Shown here: in pieces, positions 12,626-25,584 of the stretch
Numbering within the stretch: the stretch's first letter is position 1
How the letters are laid out: every line of letters starts with the position of its first letter
Assembly (NCBI GenBank): GCA_951406725.2
Contig: OX597814.1
Location: 53,010,001-53,074,000, forward strand
Origin: Octopus vulgaris
Taxonomy: Eukaryota
DNA: 64,000 nucleotides
Direction of reading: 5' to 3'
The notes under the pieces: model-generated
What the model was told of the DNA's origin: nothing
Databases searched by the model: none
The model's input: only the letters and a program-made list of their open reading frames with translations
Program-made: the position numbers and the translations under genes

Positions 12626-15352
12626 TTCATCCCAATCTCTGTCAAACCTCAACTTTAACTGTTGCTTTTTAGCCCAAGGTTATCTCTGATTGAATGGACT
12701 TATAATCAAGTCTTTTTTAAGCTGTTACCACTCTGTTTTTAGACATAAAACTATTCCTTTATTCTTTTGCTTGTTTCAGTCATTTGACTGCGGCTGTGCT
12801 GGAGCACTGCCTTTAGTTGAAGAAATTGACCCCAGGACTTATTCTTTGTAAGCCTAGTACTTATTCTATCGGTCTCTTTTGCTGAATTGCTAAGTTATGG
12901 GGACACACCAACATTGACTGTCAAGTGATGGTGGCAGGACAGACAGACAGACACACACACATACAAACACACGTATGGGCTTCTTTCAGTTTCCACCTAC
13001 CAAATCCACTCACAAGGCTTTGGTCAACCCCAGGCTATAGTGAAGGACACTTGCCCAAAGTGCCATGCAGTGGGACTGAACATGGAACCATGTAGTTGGG
13101 AAGCAAGCTCCTTACTTCACAGCTGTGCCTACACCTATATTAATCAATTATTGAAACATGAAACAGTATGTTTTGGATAATGTAACCCTGTAATAGAGTA
13201 TACTCTTTCATACATTTACATTATAGAATTATATTGTTCAATGTGTTCTACCATCTTTAAGACAAAATTTCATTTGGAGGGAGATTTTGCTGCTATTTCA
13301 TAAGCTCTAGTTGTTCTTTAGCTCCAGGTCAACACTTATATGGAACAGCTCTATAATCAAAGAGGTTCCAGATATGACCATCTGTGTTTTTTTAAAATTT
13401 TTATTAATTTTATGGTTTTGAGAGGGGAGGAATTGTAATACACCTGAACTTTGCAGGGCTTTCACGGTAATAGAAGAAAAAAAGACCCCTTGACTCATGG
13501 GCTCCTGCTCTAGGAAGCAGTGCATTAAAATATTGAGTCATCTTCAGACCAGATCCTTAGTCCAAATACTTACAACAGAATAAACTCTGCTAAAGGCACC
13601 AGACAGTGTATCTAGAATTACATTTTCCAATGTGTCCTTCATTTTTTAAGATGATGGAGTGTGATTTTGAGTGACATTGGTTGTTATTTCTAGCAAATCA
13701 TGCAACCACATAGAGACCTCCTTAAGTAGTGTGTCGTTGCTTCTAGTTCTCTCTTACAGTGTTAAGTTTTACCATTCCAAATTTTCTCAATCCTACCTCT
13801 TACCCCTGCTATGATAGCTCTAACAACTTTATCCAATGTGCTTTATCTGTTTTCTATCACATTTCAAAGCCTGTCATCATCTTCACCTTGCCATTCTTCA
13901 TTTACTTCACATATTACTTAAAATCTCTCTAACTTCCTCATCCTTCTCAGATTCATGGGATTGACAGTTCTATGGAGATCATCTTTACTTGTGGTGAAGG
14001 ATAGTGCTATTATAAATTCTATATCTTATTTCCCCACCAATCAATATCTTCTGTACTTTACATTGCAACACAGTGACCTTGTTATATATGCATCATCATC
14101 ATCCTCTGCAGCAGTAACAGCAGCAGCACTTTCTCCTGCTTCTTTTGTAAGCGCTGTTCTTAAGAGGATAAATCCACATGATCCCATTCCTACACCTTGT
14201 TAAACAAGATATGTATAAAAAAATAAACAAAAAAAGTAAAAATGGGTATGTTCATCTATTTGTCTGTTGCTTTCTTAGTTTCTCTATTTAGCATGTCTAT
14301 CTGTCTGTGTGGTTGCATGGCTATCTGACTCTGTATATATATGTGAGTCTATGTATGTGTGTGTGTGTATCTCTCTCTCTCACAGAAATATGAAATTTTG
14401 TAATGAAAAGAAACCAAATTATTTGAGAAATATGATTTGAGTGAAGTTTAATTTAATCTCTGCTGTTACTAATGACAATATATCAATTTTTTTGTTACAT
14501 ATGTGCTACTTACAAAAAAAAAAAAAAAAACTGTCCTCAATATTCATCATCATCATCATAACCTCCACTTGTCTATGGCGTTGGATGGAATTTGTTGAGG
14601 TAGATTTTCTACAGCTGGATACCCTTCCTGTTGCCAACCCTCGCTTGTTTTCAAGCATGGTAATATTTCTCCATGATTGGACATGTTTTTATAGAAAACA
14701 ACTGACACTGCTTGTGTGATGGAGACACTTCTTTACAACTATCACATGATGTCACAACCAGGAGGTGCATGCACACACACACACACCTTTTCAATTTTTG
14801 TTTACTAAATCTGTTCTCAAGGCTTTTGTCAGCCTGGGGCTGTTATAGAAGACATCTGCCCAAGGTTGCATGCAGTAGGACTGAATTTCAATCCACATGG
14901 TTGGGAAATAAGCTTTTCAGTCATACAGCCATTCCTGAGTCTACATGTAATACACTATATATGTTATCTAGCTGATATTATTAGTGTTGGATCTGATTCT
15001 AAGAACAGTGTAGTAACTAGAGGAAAGCATACATTGAATATGGAAGATCTATATAGACAGGAGAGAAATGAGATGAGAGCAGTTACGCATTGAAAGTATC
15101 AGTTAATGTATACAGCAGAGTTGCCTCTCCAAGTAGGAACATATGAGGCAAAGCGAATGAAAAACTCAGGCTGGGTAAAATGTTGTACAAGCTGACTGTG
15201 AAAGTTACTTAACTGAGATAACATAGGATTAAAAATGATAATTTGTTGTACTGCTGAGCTTTCAAGTCCACCTTACAAGAAAATGTAGATAACTGATAGT
15301 GAAAGTTATATATATGTGTGTGTGTGTGTGTGTATAAATGCGTAATGTATAT

Positions 15353-15394
<42 letters not shown>

Positions 15395-15539
15395 CCACTA
15401 TCTTGCTTTAGGGAATGAATCATAAATGTTACAGAAATGAATAAACATTACTGAAAGTATTTAGTAGTCTTTTTCTTGTTTGCAACTTTAATTTGAGTTT
15501 ATACCAGCTCTTGTCTGGCTGAAAACTAATAAAAACCAG

Positions 15540-17520
15540 AGATGAAAAATAGCATCTTATCTGTTCCATAAATGTTAGGATTATTGTCAATGAAGCTCTA
15601 CGCATTATGCTTCATCAGAAATAGTTAAATAGATAAATAAAATAAAAGTGTCATCAAACATATAAATTCTAAAACCTCCTTTTTCTGAGAAAGGTGTCAT
15701 CACCATATCGGCTGAAAAGTTTGGCTTTAAAACACAAAATTCTAAACCAAAATAAGGACTGTGTGAAGTCTGAGCAGCATTTCTCTAATCTTGTATAAAC
15801 AGGCAAGATTCTGACCTCATGCCAACACCTTCCAAAACCCTTGCATCAACTGTTTGATGTACTTCATACAATCACCTAATATTCATATATTTTCTGATAG
15901 ATCAAAATGTATGTACTCTAGACATTGCAACATACAATTTTGTCGGACAACATCACTAAAATAATAAATATTGAGGTAAAGACATTAATCATGTAACTAA
16001 ACATAGAATATAGTATGGCTTGCCTTGCTATACAAGTGCCCTATTTAAAGAATGAAAACTTCCAAACCCAAAATAAATGCTAAACAACTCCTTCAAAAAT
16101 TAATTACGTTCAGTAAAACTTGACATATACATCTCAAAATTAGGAACATCACCAGGTTAGCTCAGTGGAACTGTGTGCTGAAGTAATTCATTAGCTTGAG
16201 GTCATGCAGGATAAAAAGTACTGTAGATTTACTCAATTTGACATAACTGGAATTTGGTAAAGTGTATACTGCAATTGATTGTATTGATATCATTGTCAGT
16301 GTCAGGAAGCTGCTTCTATTGTATAACAACTCCCTCTGAGTAGAACAGGAGGATAGTCCCATATTCTTCATCTTACTAGAGAATTGAAATGGAGCAGAGG
16401 TTTCCAAACTAGTCTACCTCTTCATGCCAGACAATATAAGCAAACATAGAAGGGCCCATATTTTAAGTTCCAGGTTGTGTAGAGCTAATGGTTTAACTAG
16501 CTTTCACAACATGAATAACCAGAGCATGGATAAGTTAAGAAAGGATTTAATAGGCCTGTTTAAGAAGCATTATATGATAATTACCACTAATTAAAGAGTT
16601 GTTAATTTCCTATATACTACTATAGTCCTGTTACTGGTAAGGGTGACTCTTATACAAAGCCAGAAAAGGACATTACATACACACAGGTGATGAATTGTTG
16701 GAGTGTCTTCGTATCCACTCAAATTCTCAGCATACTGAGTTCAGATCCTGCTAAGGTCAACTTTGCCTTTCATCTTCCCAGAGTTGATTAAAATGTACCA
16801 GCCCAGCATAGTGATTTGGCAGAACTGTAAGAACAACAGGCCAGATGTCTTGCAATGTTTGTTCCAGATTTTTGCGTACTGAATTCAAATCCTACCAGGT
16901 CTACTTAGGTGATAGACTAATCCATTGTCAGTTTTACATCACCACCTGGCACTGTGGATGCCTTTAGTGAAGTCCACTCTTTTGCAAACATTCAGGCTAG
17001 GTCTCCAACATGAAAAAGCATATGTTTTGTTCCTTCAACAAGTCTCAGAGCCTCTCTAAAGAGTAATGGACACTGCTTTCCTTCTTGATTAAATGATAGG
17101 AAGAAAATAGATACTGAAAGACATCAATCATCCACTAGGCATTATAAAAAAATTAATAGATGGAATAAATAGAATATCTGACCCATCCTCCAGTTGGCAT
17201 ATTTGTGATTGTGCAGTTCCACCCTGTACAGTGCTGCACTTTTTAAATGTTCTTGCAAGCAGATAGTTTATAAGAAAGTAAAATATTACATGGTTGAATC
17301 CATGTATAGTTAGAGTACAAAAACTAACAGCTAAATCTCTGTTAAAACTACGTAAGTATTTTACAACCACACTAATTCCATACAATTCAACCCCAAAATA
17401 CAAAACATCCTGTTGTCTTATATATCTTAGACTACAAGTGAAAACACTTTACAAGTCAGCCCAGGCCTCACTTATACTCAATCCAACAGCCAACTTGTAA
17501 TTTCAGAATTGCTCACCAAA
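15540..17520. mobile_element. Mosaic of heavily decayed LINE fragments (CR1/L2-like on - strand; short Penelope-RT-like piece on + strand ~16520-16690)
   Basis: - strand has a YGDD-like motif near 15700 and an IAVY-PNS endonuclease-like stretch near 16260. + strand reads DKLRKDLIGLFKKH...VNFL...YTKP. All interrupted by stops; boundaries are approximate. Confidence 0.35.
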
Positions 17521-18186
17521 TATTTTATGCCTTCGTTTGCAGTAATATATGGAGCAATTTAAAAACAGATTTAACCAGCATACATATTCATCTGGATCTA
17601 GAGATGAAATTTCCGTTACCTTTCAACTGGAATTGTCATTCCAGTTGAAAGTGTCCTTGTAGCCTGAAACTTATTAAATATTGTACTCCATGTATATAAA
17701 TAAGGGCAAAAAGATCTACATTATGTTTATTGGAGATATTTTTCACCTTAATGAAAGAACCATAATCACTGAACATAAGGGATCAAATTTTGACCTGTAG
17801 CAAGCTCAGGACAAAGTTCTTGCTACAATCTTTCAAATGTATCCTACTTAAAGAATTAAAACATTTCCTTTTGTGGATATTTACAATAACAAAATTGTTT
17901 TATTTTTTGGAAAAAAAAGAAAAGAAAAAATTAACAGCAAGCAGGAGTAATCTTCTCTTTATTTGAAAAATTGAATGATACAGTTCAGTCCCCATTAAGG
18001 GGGAGGGGTCATTAAAGGAGGTGATTTTGTGTCAGATTATGAAAGGTTAGAGTGTGACAGAGAGGTAGAAACAGGTGTCTTGCTATAGAAGAGGTATATT
18101 ACCTGGCCAGAAGAGGGGAGGGAGAGTGATCAAGAATGAGGGCAGAAACAGGTGTACTGCTGTAGAGGATTTATATACATACATAC

Positions 18187-18214
<28 letters not shown>

Positions 18215-18217
<3 letters not shown>

Positions 18218-18880
18218 GATGGGCCAAAAGTCACACGCCAAAATCTTTAGCATTTCATTTATATTTCACTATTATTATAATAAATAATTAAATAAATCAT
18301 CATCATTATTATTGGTAAGTTGGCAAAAACATCAGCACACCAGGCAAAATGCTTAGTGTCATTTCATCCATCTTCCAAATTCTGCTTTGCCTTTCATCCT
18401 TTTGAGGTCAATAGAATAAGTGCCAATTAGACACTGGGGTTGATGTAATCACCCAATCCCCTCCCACAAAATTTCAGACCTTGTGCCTTTAGTAGAAAGG
18501 ATTATTATTAAAGGCAGCGAGCTGGCAGAATCATTAGCATGCCAGGCAAAATGCTTAGCAGCATTTCGTCTGTCCTTACGTTCTGAGTTCAGATTCTTCT
18601 GAGCTTGACTTTGCCTTTCATCTTTTCATGGTCAATGAAATAAGACCAGTTATGCACTGAGGTCAATGTAATTGACTAGCCCCATTCCCCAAAATTCCAG
18701 GCCTTATGCCTATAGTAGGATTATTATTATTATTATTCATTTTGTTCATCATGTACATGTGTATTCATTGCTATTTAATTTATCTTATCCAATTTTACAA
18801 AAATTGAAGCAGGTATTTGAAAATTCCAGAGTGTATTGAACTTAATTTGTACATTTGTACATGACTTTTGGCCCACCCTG
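18215..18880. mobile_element. Tc1/mariner-type MITE with nested SINEs
   Basis: Terminal inverted repeats gaggatgggccaaaagtca (18215) and tgacttttggcccaccctg (ends 18880, followed by TA). Two SINE copies are inserted at ~18310-18720. Confidence 0.65.
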
Positions 18881-18954
18881 TATGTGTTATATATATATAT
18901 AATCTTCTCCAATTGGGATATTTGCGATTGTGCGCCTATACACACACACACATA

Positions 18955-19314
18955 TAGGCGCAGACGTTGCTGTGTGGTAAGAGGCTTGCTTCCGAACCAC
19001 ATGGTTCTGGGTTCAGTCACACTGCATGGCACCTTGGGTATGTGTCTTCTGCTATAACCTCAGGCTGACCAAAGCCTTGTAAGTGGATTTGGTAGACGGA
19101 AACTGAAAGAAGCCTGTCATATATATATATATGTATATGTGTCTGTTTGTTCCCTCACCATCGCCTGACAACTGATGTTGGTGTGTTTATGTCCCTGTAA
19201 CTTAGCAGTATGTCAAAAGAGACTGATAGGCTTACACAGAATAAGTACTGGGGTCTATTTGTTCAACTAGAGGCAGTGCTTCAGCATGGCCACAGTCAAA
19301 TCACTGAAACAAAT

Positions 19315-19320
<6 letters not shown>
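18955..19320 (+). mobile_element. tRNA-derived SINE (CORE-like octopus family) with downstream module; representative copy
   Basis: A-box-like tgtgtggtaag, B-box-like gggttcagtc, central ggcaccttgggtatgtgtc. Related copies at ~1230-1575(-), 2150-2540(-), 12760-13130(-), 14780-14935(-), 20090-20245(-), 28985-29140(-), 47205-47580(+). Confidence 0.8.
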
Positions 19321-19350
<30 letters not shown>

Positions 19351-20399
19351 CACACGCACATGCATACATATGATCATTTGCAGTCATGACTAGTCACCTA
19401 CAACCACATACAAAATAAATTCACATTTGTATGAAAATTTGGGAGTTTTCTTGTGTGAACGTCAGTATAATCCTTGTAGTAGCATCAGTTTTTTCTCTCT
19501 TTGTCAGTTATATTTTCAGCAGTTGTATCAAATGTATCTGGTTAAGCTTCTGTGAAATTTCTCACTTGAAGCAATATAACAGATAGTAAAAGTCACCTGG
19601 TTTAGAAATTAAAATGAAAATGATTAACCAGCATTGAAAAAAAGAAAAGAAAAAATGAAATGCTGTCACATGTGATCTACTGTTCTATTCATTGATATCC
19701 GCCATCTTTAAGTAAGAAGATGGAAAGAATCTAAAGAAGCAACAAAAGCTGCAGCCACCATATAGTTAGTGATAATAAAATAAAATAGAAACAAGAACCT
19801 ATATATCATCGTCATCATCATTGTTATTGTCATTGTTTAACATCCATTTTCCATATTTGCATAGGCTCGATGGAGCTTTTTAGGCAAATTTTATACAGCT
19901 AGCTGTCCTTCCTATCACCAACCATTACCTGTTTTCAAATAAAGTATTATTTCCCCACAACCAGACGTGTTTTCTTGGAAGATTGAAAAGGAAGGACTCT
20001 ATATGCATGGTGGTGACATTCATATGACTATCACTTGAAGTCAAGTGAGGAAATAGTAACACACATGCACACACACAAACACACAAACACACACACGATG
20101 GGCTTTTAGTTCCCTTCTGCCAAAATCATTTACAAGGCTTTGGTTGTCCTGAGGGTATTGTAGAAGACACTTGCCCAAGGTACTATGCTGTAGGACTGGA
20201 TGTGGAACCATGTGGTTGGGAAGCAAACTTCTTACCACACAGCCATGTCAGTACCTACTAAAAGATATGGAACACTTCAGATATTTGTGTGGTATTCTTG
20301 TGCAATGGTCACCCAAATCTTTTCTGTATTATTCCATTTTAACTAATGCTAGCATGGAAAATGGATGTTAAATGTTGATGATGATTTATAGCTGAAGCC

Positions 20400-21237
20400 A
20401 GTGATAAAAATGTTTTCTTCAGGTCCTCAAACAAAGACAACGCTTTCTCTTGAATAATTTTTTGACTAATAGTAGCACGCTGATGATTCAACCTAACAAT
20501 CTAAAGAGAAAGAAGACTTTCCATTTCTTCAAAGATTTTGCCTCTTTTCTTATTGATGACAGTGTTCTTCATCCCTGGGGCTTCAAATTTGATATGTGCT
20601 AAAATCTTGACCTTATTATGTACAATTGTTGATACAGTTGTCTGACTCATCCTAAAAGACCATGCAATTGCTACCACTTTTCCATGGCCTGTTATCATAG
20701 CCAGTTTATCTTTCAGCATTAAAGCATGATGCTTAGCGCTTTCACTATGAATTTTCTTAGAAGCTTTAGGGTTAAAAAATAAAGTCACAAATGAATGAGA
20801 ATGAGAAAGTAACCAACAGACGTAAACAAATTTGAATTCAAAACAATCGCAGGAATCATGAGTGACGACACCTAACAGTAGATATGGAATTACAGTGCAA
20901 TATGAGCTCCAAAAGACTGATAAATAAGACAACACAGCTGATTTCATGATTTCATTCACTAAGCTACACTACTTTATGGTGTGTATCTTAACATCTGCTG
21001 TACGCATTTTAATATGATTTTATAGGCTTCTATTCTTATTTATTGTACAGTAACATGATTTTATGTGCTTTTAATGGTTTTCTAGTGATCTTACGATTCC
21101 AATATTTGTGGTGGACAGCTGTAAAGTCGAGTAAAATGATTTGACTTGATTTTTATTTTCTCATGTATTATTTTTGAAAAACCGACGTATAATTGAGAAC
21201 AACTTAAATCAAAATGACTTAAGTTGAGGTATGCCTG
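20400..21237 (-). mobile_element. Tigger/pogo-like DNA transposon 5' remnant
   Basis: The - strand terminus reads TA-CAGGCATACCTC (Tigger-type TIR). ORF 20501..20959 carries a psq/CENP-B-like HTH (IAWSFRMSQTTVSTIVHNK...EEMESLL). Confidence 0.8.
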
Positions 21238-21251
21238 TATGTATATATGTA

Positions 21252-21290
<39 letters not shown>

Positions 21291-21298
21291 TTTCGTTA

Positions 21299-21520
21299 AA
21301 GTTGCAAAATTATCACAAAAACTGTTACTCAGAGTTTCACGTTCCCATTTTTCGGACAGTTGTGATGAAAACTGAATTAAAAGTATTGAATTTTAATTCG
21401 ATTTTCATCACAACTGTCCAACTAATGGGAATGCGAAACTCTAAATAACAATTTTTGTGATAATTTTGCAGCTTCAATAAAAGCATATTCAATTTTCTTC
21501 ACCTTGTTTTGCACTTATGT
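21299..21520 (+). repeat. Fold-back element (~175-nt palindrome plus 3' tail) with a hammerhead-like motif on each arm
   Basis: 21299-21382 is the inverted complement of 21391-21475. The terminal module and tail are shared with the 22755-23340 element. Inserted after (TA)n. Confidence 0.85.
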
Positions 21521-21555
21521 ACCAAGCTTTGTGTGTGTGTGTATCTATCTATATA

Positions 21556-21659
21556 CAGGATGTACAGAAAGTTTTGCCTGATTCTTATTTTGAAAACCTT
21601 AATAATACAATACAATTTACAATAAAATAAAAATCGGGTGAAACTTTCTGGACACCCTG
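21556..21659. mobile_element. ~104-bp Tc1/mariner-type MITE
   Basis: TIRs caggatgtacagaaagttttgcctgatt / aatcgggtgaaactttctggacaccctg, preceded by TA. Confidence 0.7.
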
Positions 21660-22288
21660 TTTCTGTGTGTGTGTGTACATGCTTGTCTTGACATCATGTG
21701 GTAGTTGTAAATGAGCATCACCATCATAAAGGTGTTGTTTGCTTCTAATCTTCAGTAGAAAACATTTGGCCATGGGGAAATATTAGCTTTCTTGGAAACA
21801 GTTGGGGCTTGGTGACAGGAAAGGCATCTGGCTGTAGAAAATCTACTGCAAAAAAAATTCTATATACAAGGATGGAAAATTGAATGTTAAATGATGATTA
21901 TACATCTATACATATGTACATACAAAGTTCTTTTATAATTATATGTGTGTGAGTATGTAAATAGTGGTGAGAGAAACACAAATTAAAAATTCAAGTCAAA
22001 TTGAAATAGATAAATGCTGGTAATATAGATGATGTACTTGGTAGTAAAGAAACTTTTTGAAATGACTAGAAAGTAGTTTGAAAAGTGTGTGTGTGTGTGT
22101 GTGTGTATGAGAGAGAGAGTAAAGGAATAAATTTAATTTCAGTGAAGGTAGAAGAATTTGTAAGTATTGTCCTATTCTTCTTTGATGTATGCATATCTAG
22201 CAGGAATAAAGATATTTCTTCTGCGGAATTGACAATTAGCTTCCATTTGAAATATATAGCCAAGGGCTGGGAAATAGATAGATCAATA

Positions 22289-22329
<41 letters not shown>

Positions 22330-22668
22330 CTACTGCACTCCGTCAGTTATGGCGACGATGGTTCCAGTTGATCCAATCAACATGCAAGTGGCTGAGCACT
22401 TCACAGACACATGTACCCTTAACGTAGCTCTTGGGGAGATTCAGCGTGACACAGAATGTGACAAGGCTGGCCCTTTGAAATACAGGTACAACAGAAACAG
22501 GAAGAAAGAGTGAGAGAAAGTTGTCGTGAAAGAATACAGCAGGGTTTGCCACCCACCTCCTGCCAGAGCCTCGTGGACCTTTAAGTGTTTTTGCTCAATA
22601 AACACAATGCCCAGTCTGGGAATCAAAACTGCAAGTCTGCTGCCCTAACCACTGAGCCATTTGCACCT

Positions 22669-22722
<54 letters not shown>

Positions 22723-22754
22723 ATGCATATATATATACTTTATGAAGAAGCAGC

Positions 22755-23340
22755 AAAAATATCACAAAAACTGTTACTCAGAGTTTCATGTTCCCGTTTG
22801 TTGGACAGTTTTGTTTAGAGTGGAACAAGAATGAGGTTATAAGCAAACATGTACAATAAGTTTGAATGGATACACATTTGTAAATGGTTTTGTTTCATAT
22901 GTCCTTTCAACTAAAGATCTTTACAATGACCGGTTGCATGCAATGAAAAATTTTGGTATAAAATCATCTTATTATAACCTTAAATCAAAAATATTTTTGA
23001 TTTAAGGTTTTCTTCAATTTTATAATAAGATGATTTTATACCAAAATTTGTTCATTGCATGCAACTGGTGATTGTAAAGACCGTTAGTTGAAAAGACCAA
23101 TGAAACAAAACCATTTTCAAATGTGTATCCATTTAACTAATTGTATAGTTTGCTTATAGCCTTATTTTTGTTCCACTCAAAACAAAAGTGTCTGACGAAT
23201 GGTGATGTGAAACTCTGAATAACAGTTTTTGTGATATTTTTAATGCGTTTTAATACAGCATATTACTCTACCTCTGGTATTTGAGTACTATTTTTTCCCC
23301 CCTTTTTTTTCCCACTTTGTTTCGCGTTTATGTGATTACT
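22755..23340 (+). repeat. Fold-back element (~485-nt palindrome plus 3' tail) with a hammerhead-like motif on each arm
   Basis: 22755-22975 pairs with ~23020-23240. A perfect 34-nt palindrome sits at 22976-23009. CTGACGA at 23192 and GAAA at 23209. Flanked by (CA)n/(TA)n. Confidence 0.9.
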
Positions 23341-23643
23341 CTGTTATACTTACATATTTATATATACCTATATATATATATATATATGCACACACAAACA
23401 TATACATACAAACATATATATATATACACACATATATATATATATACATACATACATATACATAGATACACATACATATACATATATATATATACATACA
23501 TACACATATATATATATATATACACATACATATATATACACATACATATATATATATATATATACATACATACATATACATATATATATACATACATACA
23601 TATACATATATGTATACATACATACATACATACATACATACAT
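23340..23643. repeat. Compound (TA/CA/TACA)n microsatellite; representative of dozens in the window
   Basis: Direct reading. Others include (TA)n 27860-27922, (GA)n(GT)n 45558-45636, (CA)n 15353-15393, 22670-22720 and 63690-63740. Confidence 0.97.
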
Positions 23644-23644
23644 G

Positions 23645-24900
23645 CTCGTAATAGGTACAGGTATAAGAAAATTAATAATTTTTACAAGGAGTTAAACAAA
23701 ACGGGAGGTTCATGGTCTAGAATAAGGGAAGTTGTTTGGTTTGTTCCCCCTTTCTCCCTTAGAGTAAGGAACTTACCAAAAATGTTTTTTAGAATTCTGA
23801 AGGAGAACTTCCCAAGGAATCATAAATACTATAGCATTTGCAACAAGTCAACAATCAAGTTCTCTTACGCTGTAATGCCCAACTTTACTTCGATTATTGC
23901 ATCAATCAATAGAAGCAAGCTTGCTGGGCGGAATAGTTGGAAAAGTTCTTTTGAGGATGACCAAAGAATTGTGAATAATAATTCTGTAACGCCTAATGCC
24001 AATGGTACAAACAGTCTGCCTTTACCGGGTCTATCGAACCCATGTAATAAGGGAAGATTTGATGGAATATAAGAGGAAAACCTGTCTAGAACTGGAGATA
24101 CAAAAAGTAAAGGTAACAATAGAAATAAAACTAGGAAAGGCCCCCCTGAAGAAATGTAATTGTAGAAACCCTGAATTATGTCCTTTAGATGGTTCCTGTC
24201 TAGTTACTAATGTCATATATAAATGTGTAGTCAAGGACGAGGATAAGTTAAATAAATTTTATATAGGTAGCACGGTAGATTTTAATTCTAGATATAGATC
24301 GCATATGAGCTCATTTTCTAATGATAAATATTGTAATTCAACAACACTTGCATCCCATATACATAATTTGAAGAAAAATAATAAGAATTATTATCTAGAA
24401 TGGTCCATTGTCTCTAAAACCCCAAATTTCAAGGGAAATATTAACAAGTGTAAGCTGTGCATAAGGGAATCCCTTACCATCCTTAGATGTTATGGACCGC
24501 ACACTCTGAATAAATTTACTGACGTGATTCCTTTTTGCATCCATAAATTTTCATCTACACTCTTAAAAGTGTATAGGAATAAAATAAGTTGTAGCAAATA
24601 AATAATTTAGCTCTTACAGGGAATTGAAACCACGGAGGTTGAATTTAATTTAATACGCCCATTTAAAAAAAAAAATTTTTTTTACTGCTCTAATTCTTCA
24701 ATAAGTAAGCACACAATATTGTGTTAAGTCTAGTTAAGGAGGTCTTGCCCTTGTACGTGATGATATCTGTCTCTCTATTGTTTCCCCTGACGAAGGAGTT
24801 ATTATTGTGATGCACCCTAATGCTTTAAATACGGTAATGTACCCCTGAAATGGCCCTAGGGAATGTAAATATGGTTTCTTCATTTTTGCTTGGACACTAG
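23645..24900 (+). mobile_element. Penelope-like retroelement, 5'-truncated: RT-thumb/linker, GIY-YIG endonuclease and 3' hammerhead-like motif
   Basis: VVWFVPPFS...[25 protein letters not shown] (ORF ending 24072), then in another frame CNC..CPLDGSC..NVIY..FYIG..SRYRSH..TTLASHI..WSI..CKLC..E (ORF 23996..24601). Embedded in (TA/CA)n. Confidence 0.9.
24782..24863 (+). ncRNA. Degenerate type I minimal hammerhead-like motif in the Penelope 3' region
   Basis: TTCCC-CTGACGA(24787)-AGG...CCT-GAAA(24847)-TGGCCC-TA-GGGAA. Stem I TTCCC/GGGAA is intact; stems II and III are imperfect. Confidence 0.65.
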
Positions 24901-25584
24901 TTTTTAACTATAGGTTTCCCTTATTTGAAATGTAATTTTTAAAAGATTTTATAAATGATGAACTTTTATTTTTACATTATATATTATATATTACTTATCT
25001 ATATGCTTCCTATATATATATATTTTTATATACCTATATATTTATATATTACTTTATACTATATTTTTACGTATTTATTTTCTAGGTGTTGTAATGTTTT
25101 TTTAAAAAATATATATTTCTTAATCGCTAAAGTATTAACATTAACCGTGATGAACTGTATTCACACATTTTTCTCGCACTTTCTTATATGCTTGTACAGA
25201 TGAGTTATGTTTCATTTTCCGTGATATCATAAATGTATATTCTATGATTAAATGTTCGAGATATGAAATGTTATGTGGATGACCTTGCATTTGTTTGTTC
25301 TGTAACCTTGGTTTGATATACATATATATATACATATACATATATATACACATATATATATACATACATATATATATATACACATATACACACATATATA
25401 TACATATATATATATGATTGTTGGGATTGTATTACATGTATATATCACACATATACACACACACATGCACATACACGCACACATTAACATGCCAATCTGA
25501 CAAGTACAAGACACACTCACACAAACATATCTACATGTATGCACACATACTGCACAAACAATAGAAATAAAACACTCTGTTGTG

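Noticed and set aside
17621-17650. 13-bp perfect hairpin (tttcaactggaat-tgtc-attccagttgaaa)
   Set aside because: Isolated and too short for a pre-miRNA, with no other support.
23281-23643. Long Y/I/H/T- and V/C/M/Y-rich ORFs (also at 25141-25604, 36080-36512, 57020-57636, 63484-63784)
   Set aside because: Translations of (TA/CA/TG)n microsatellites.
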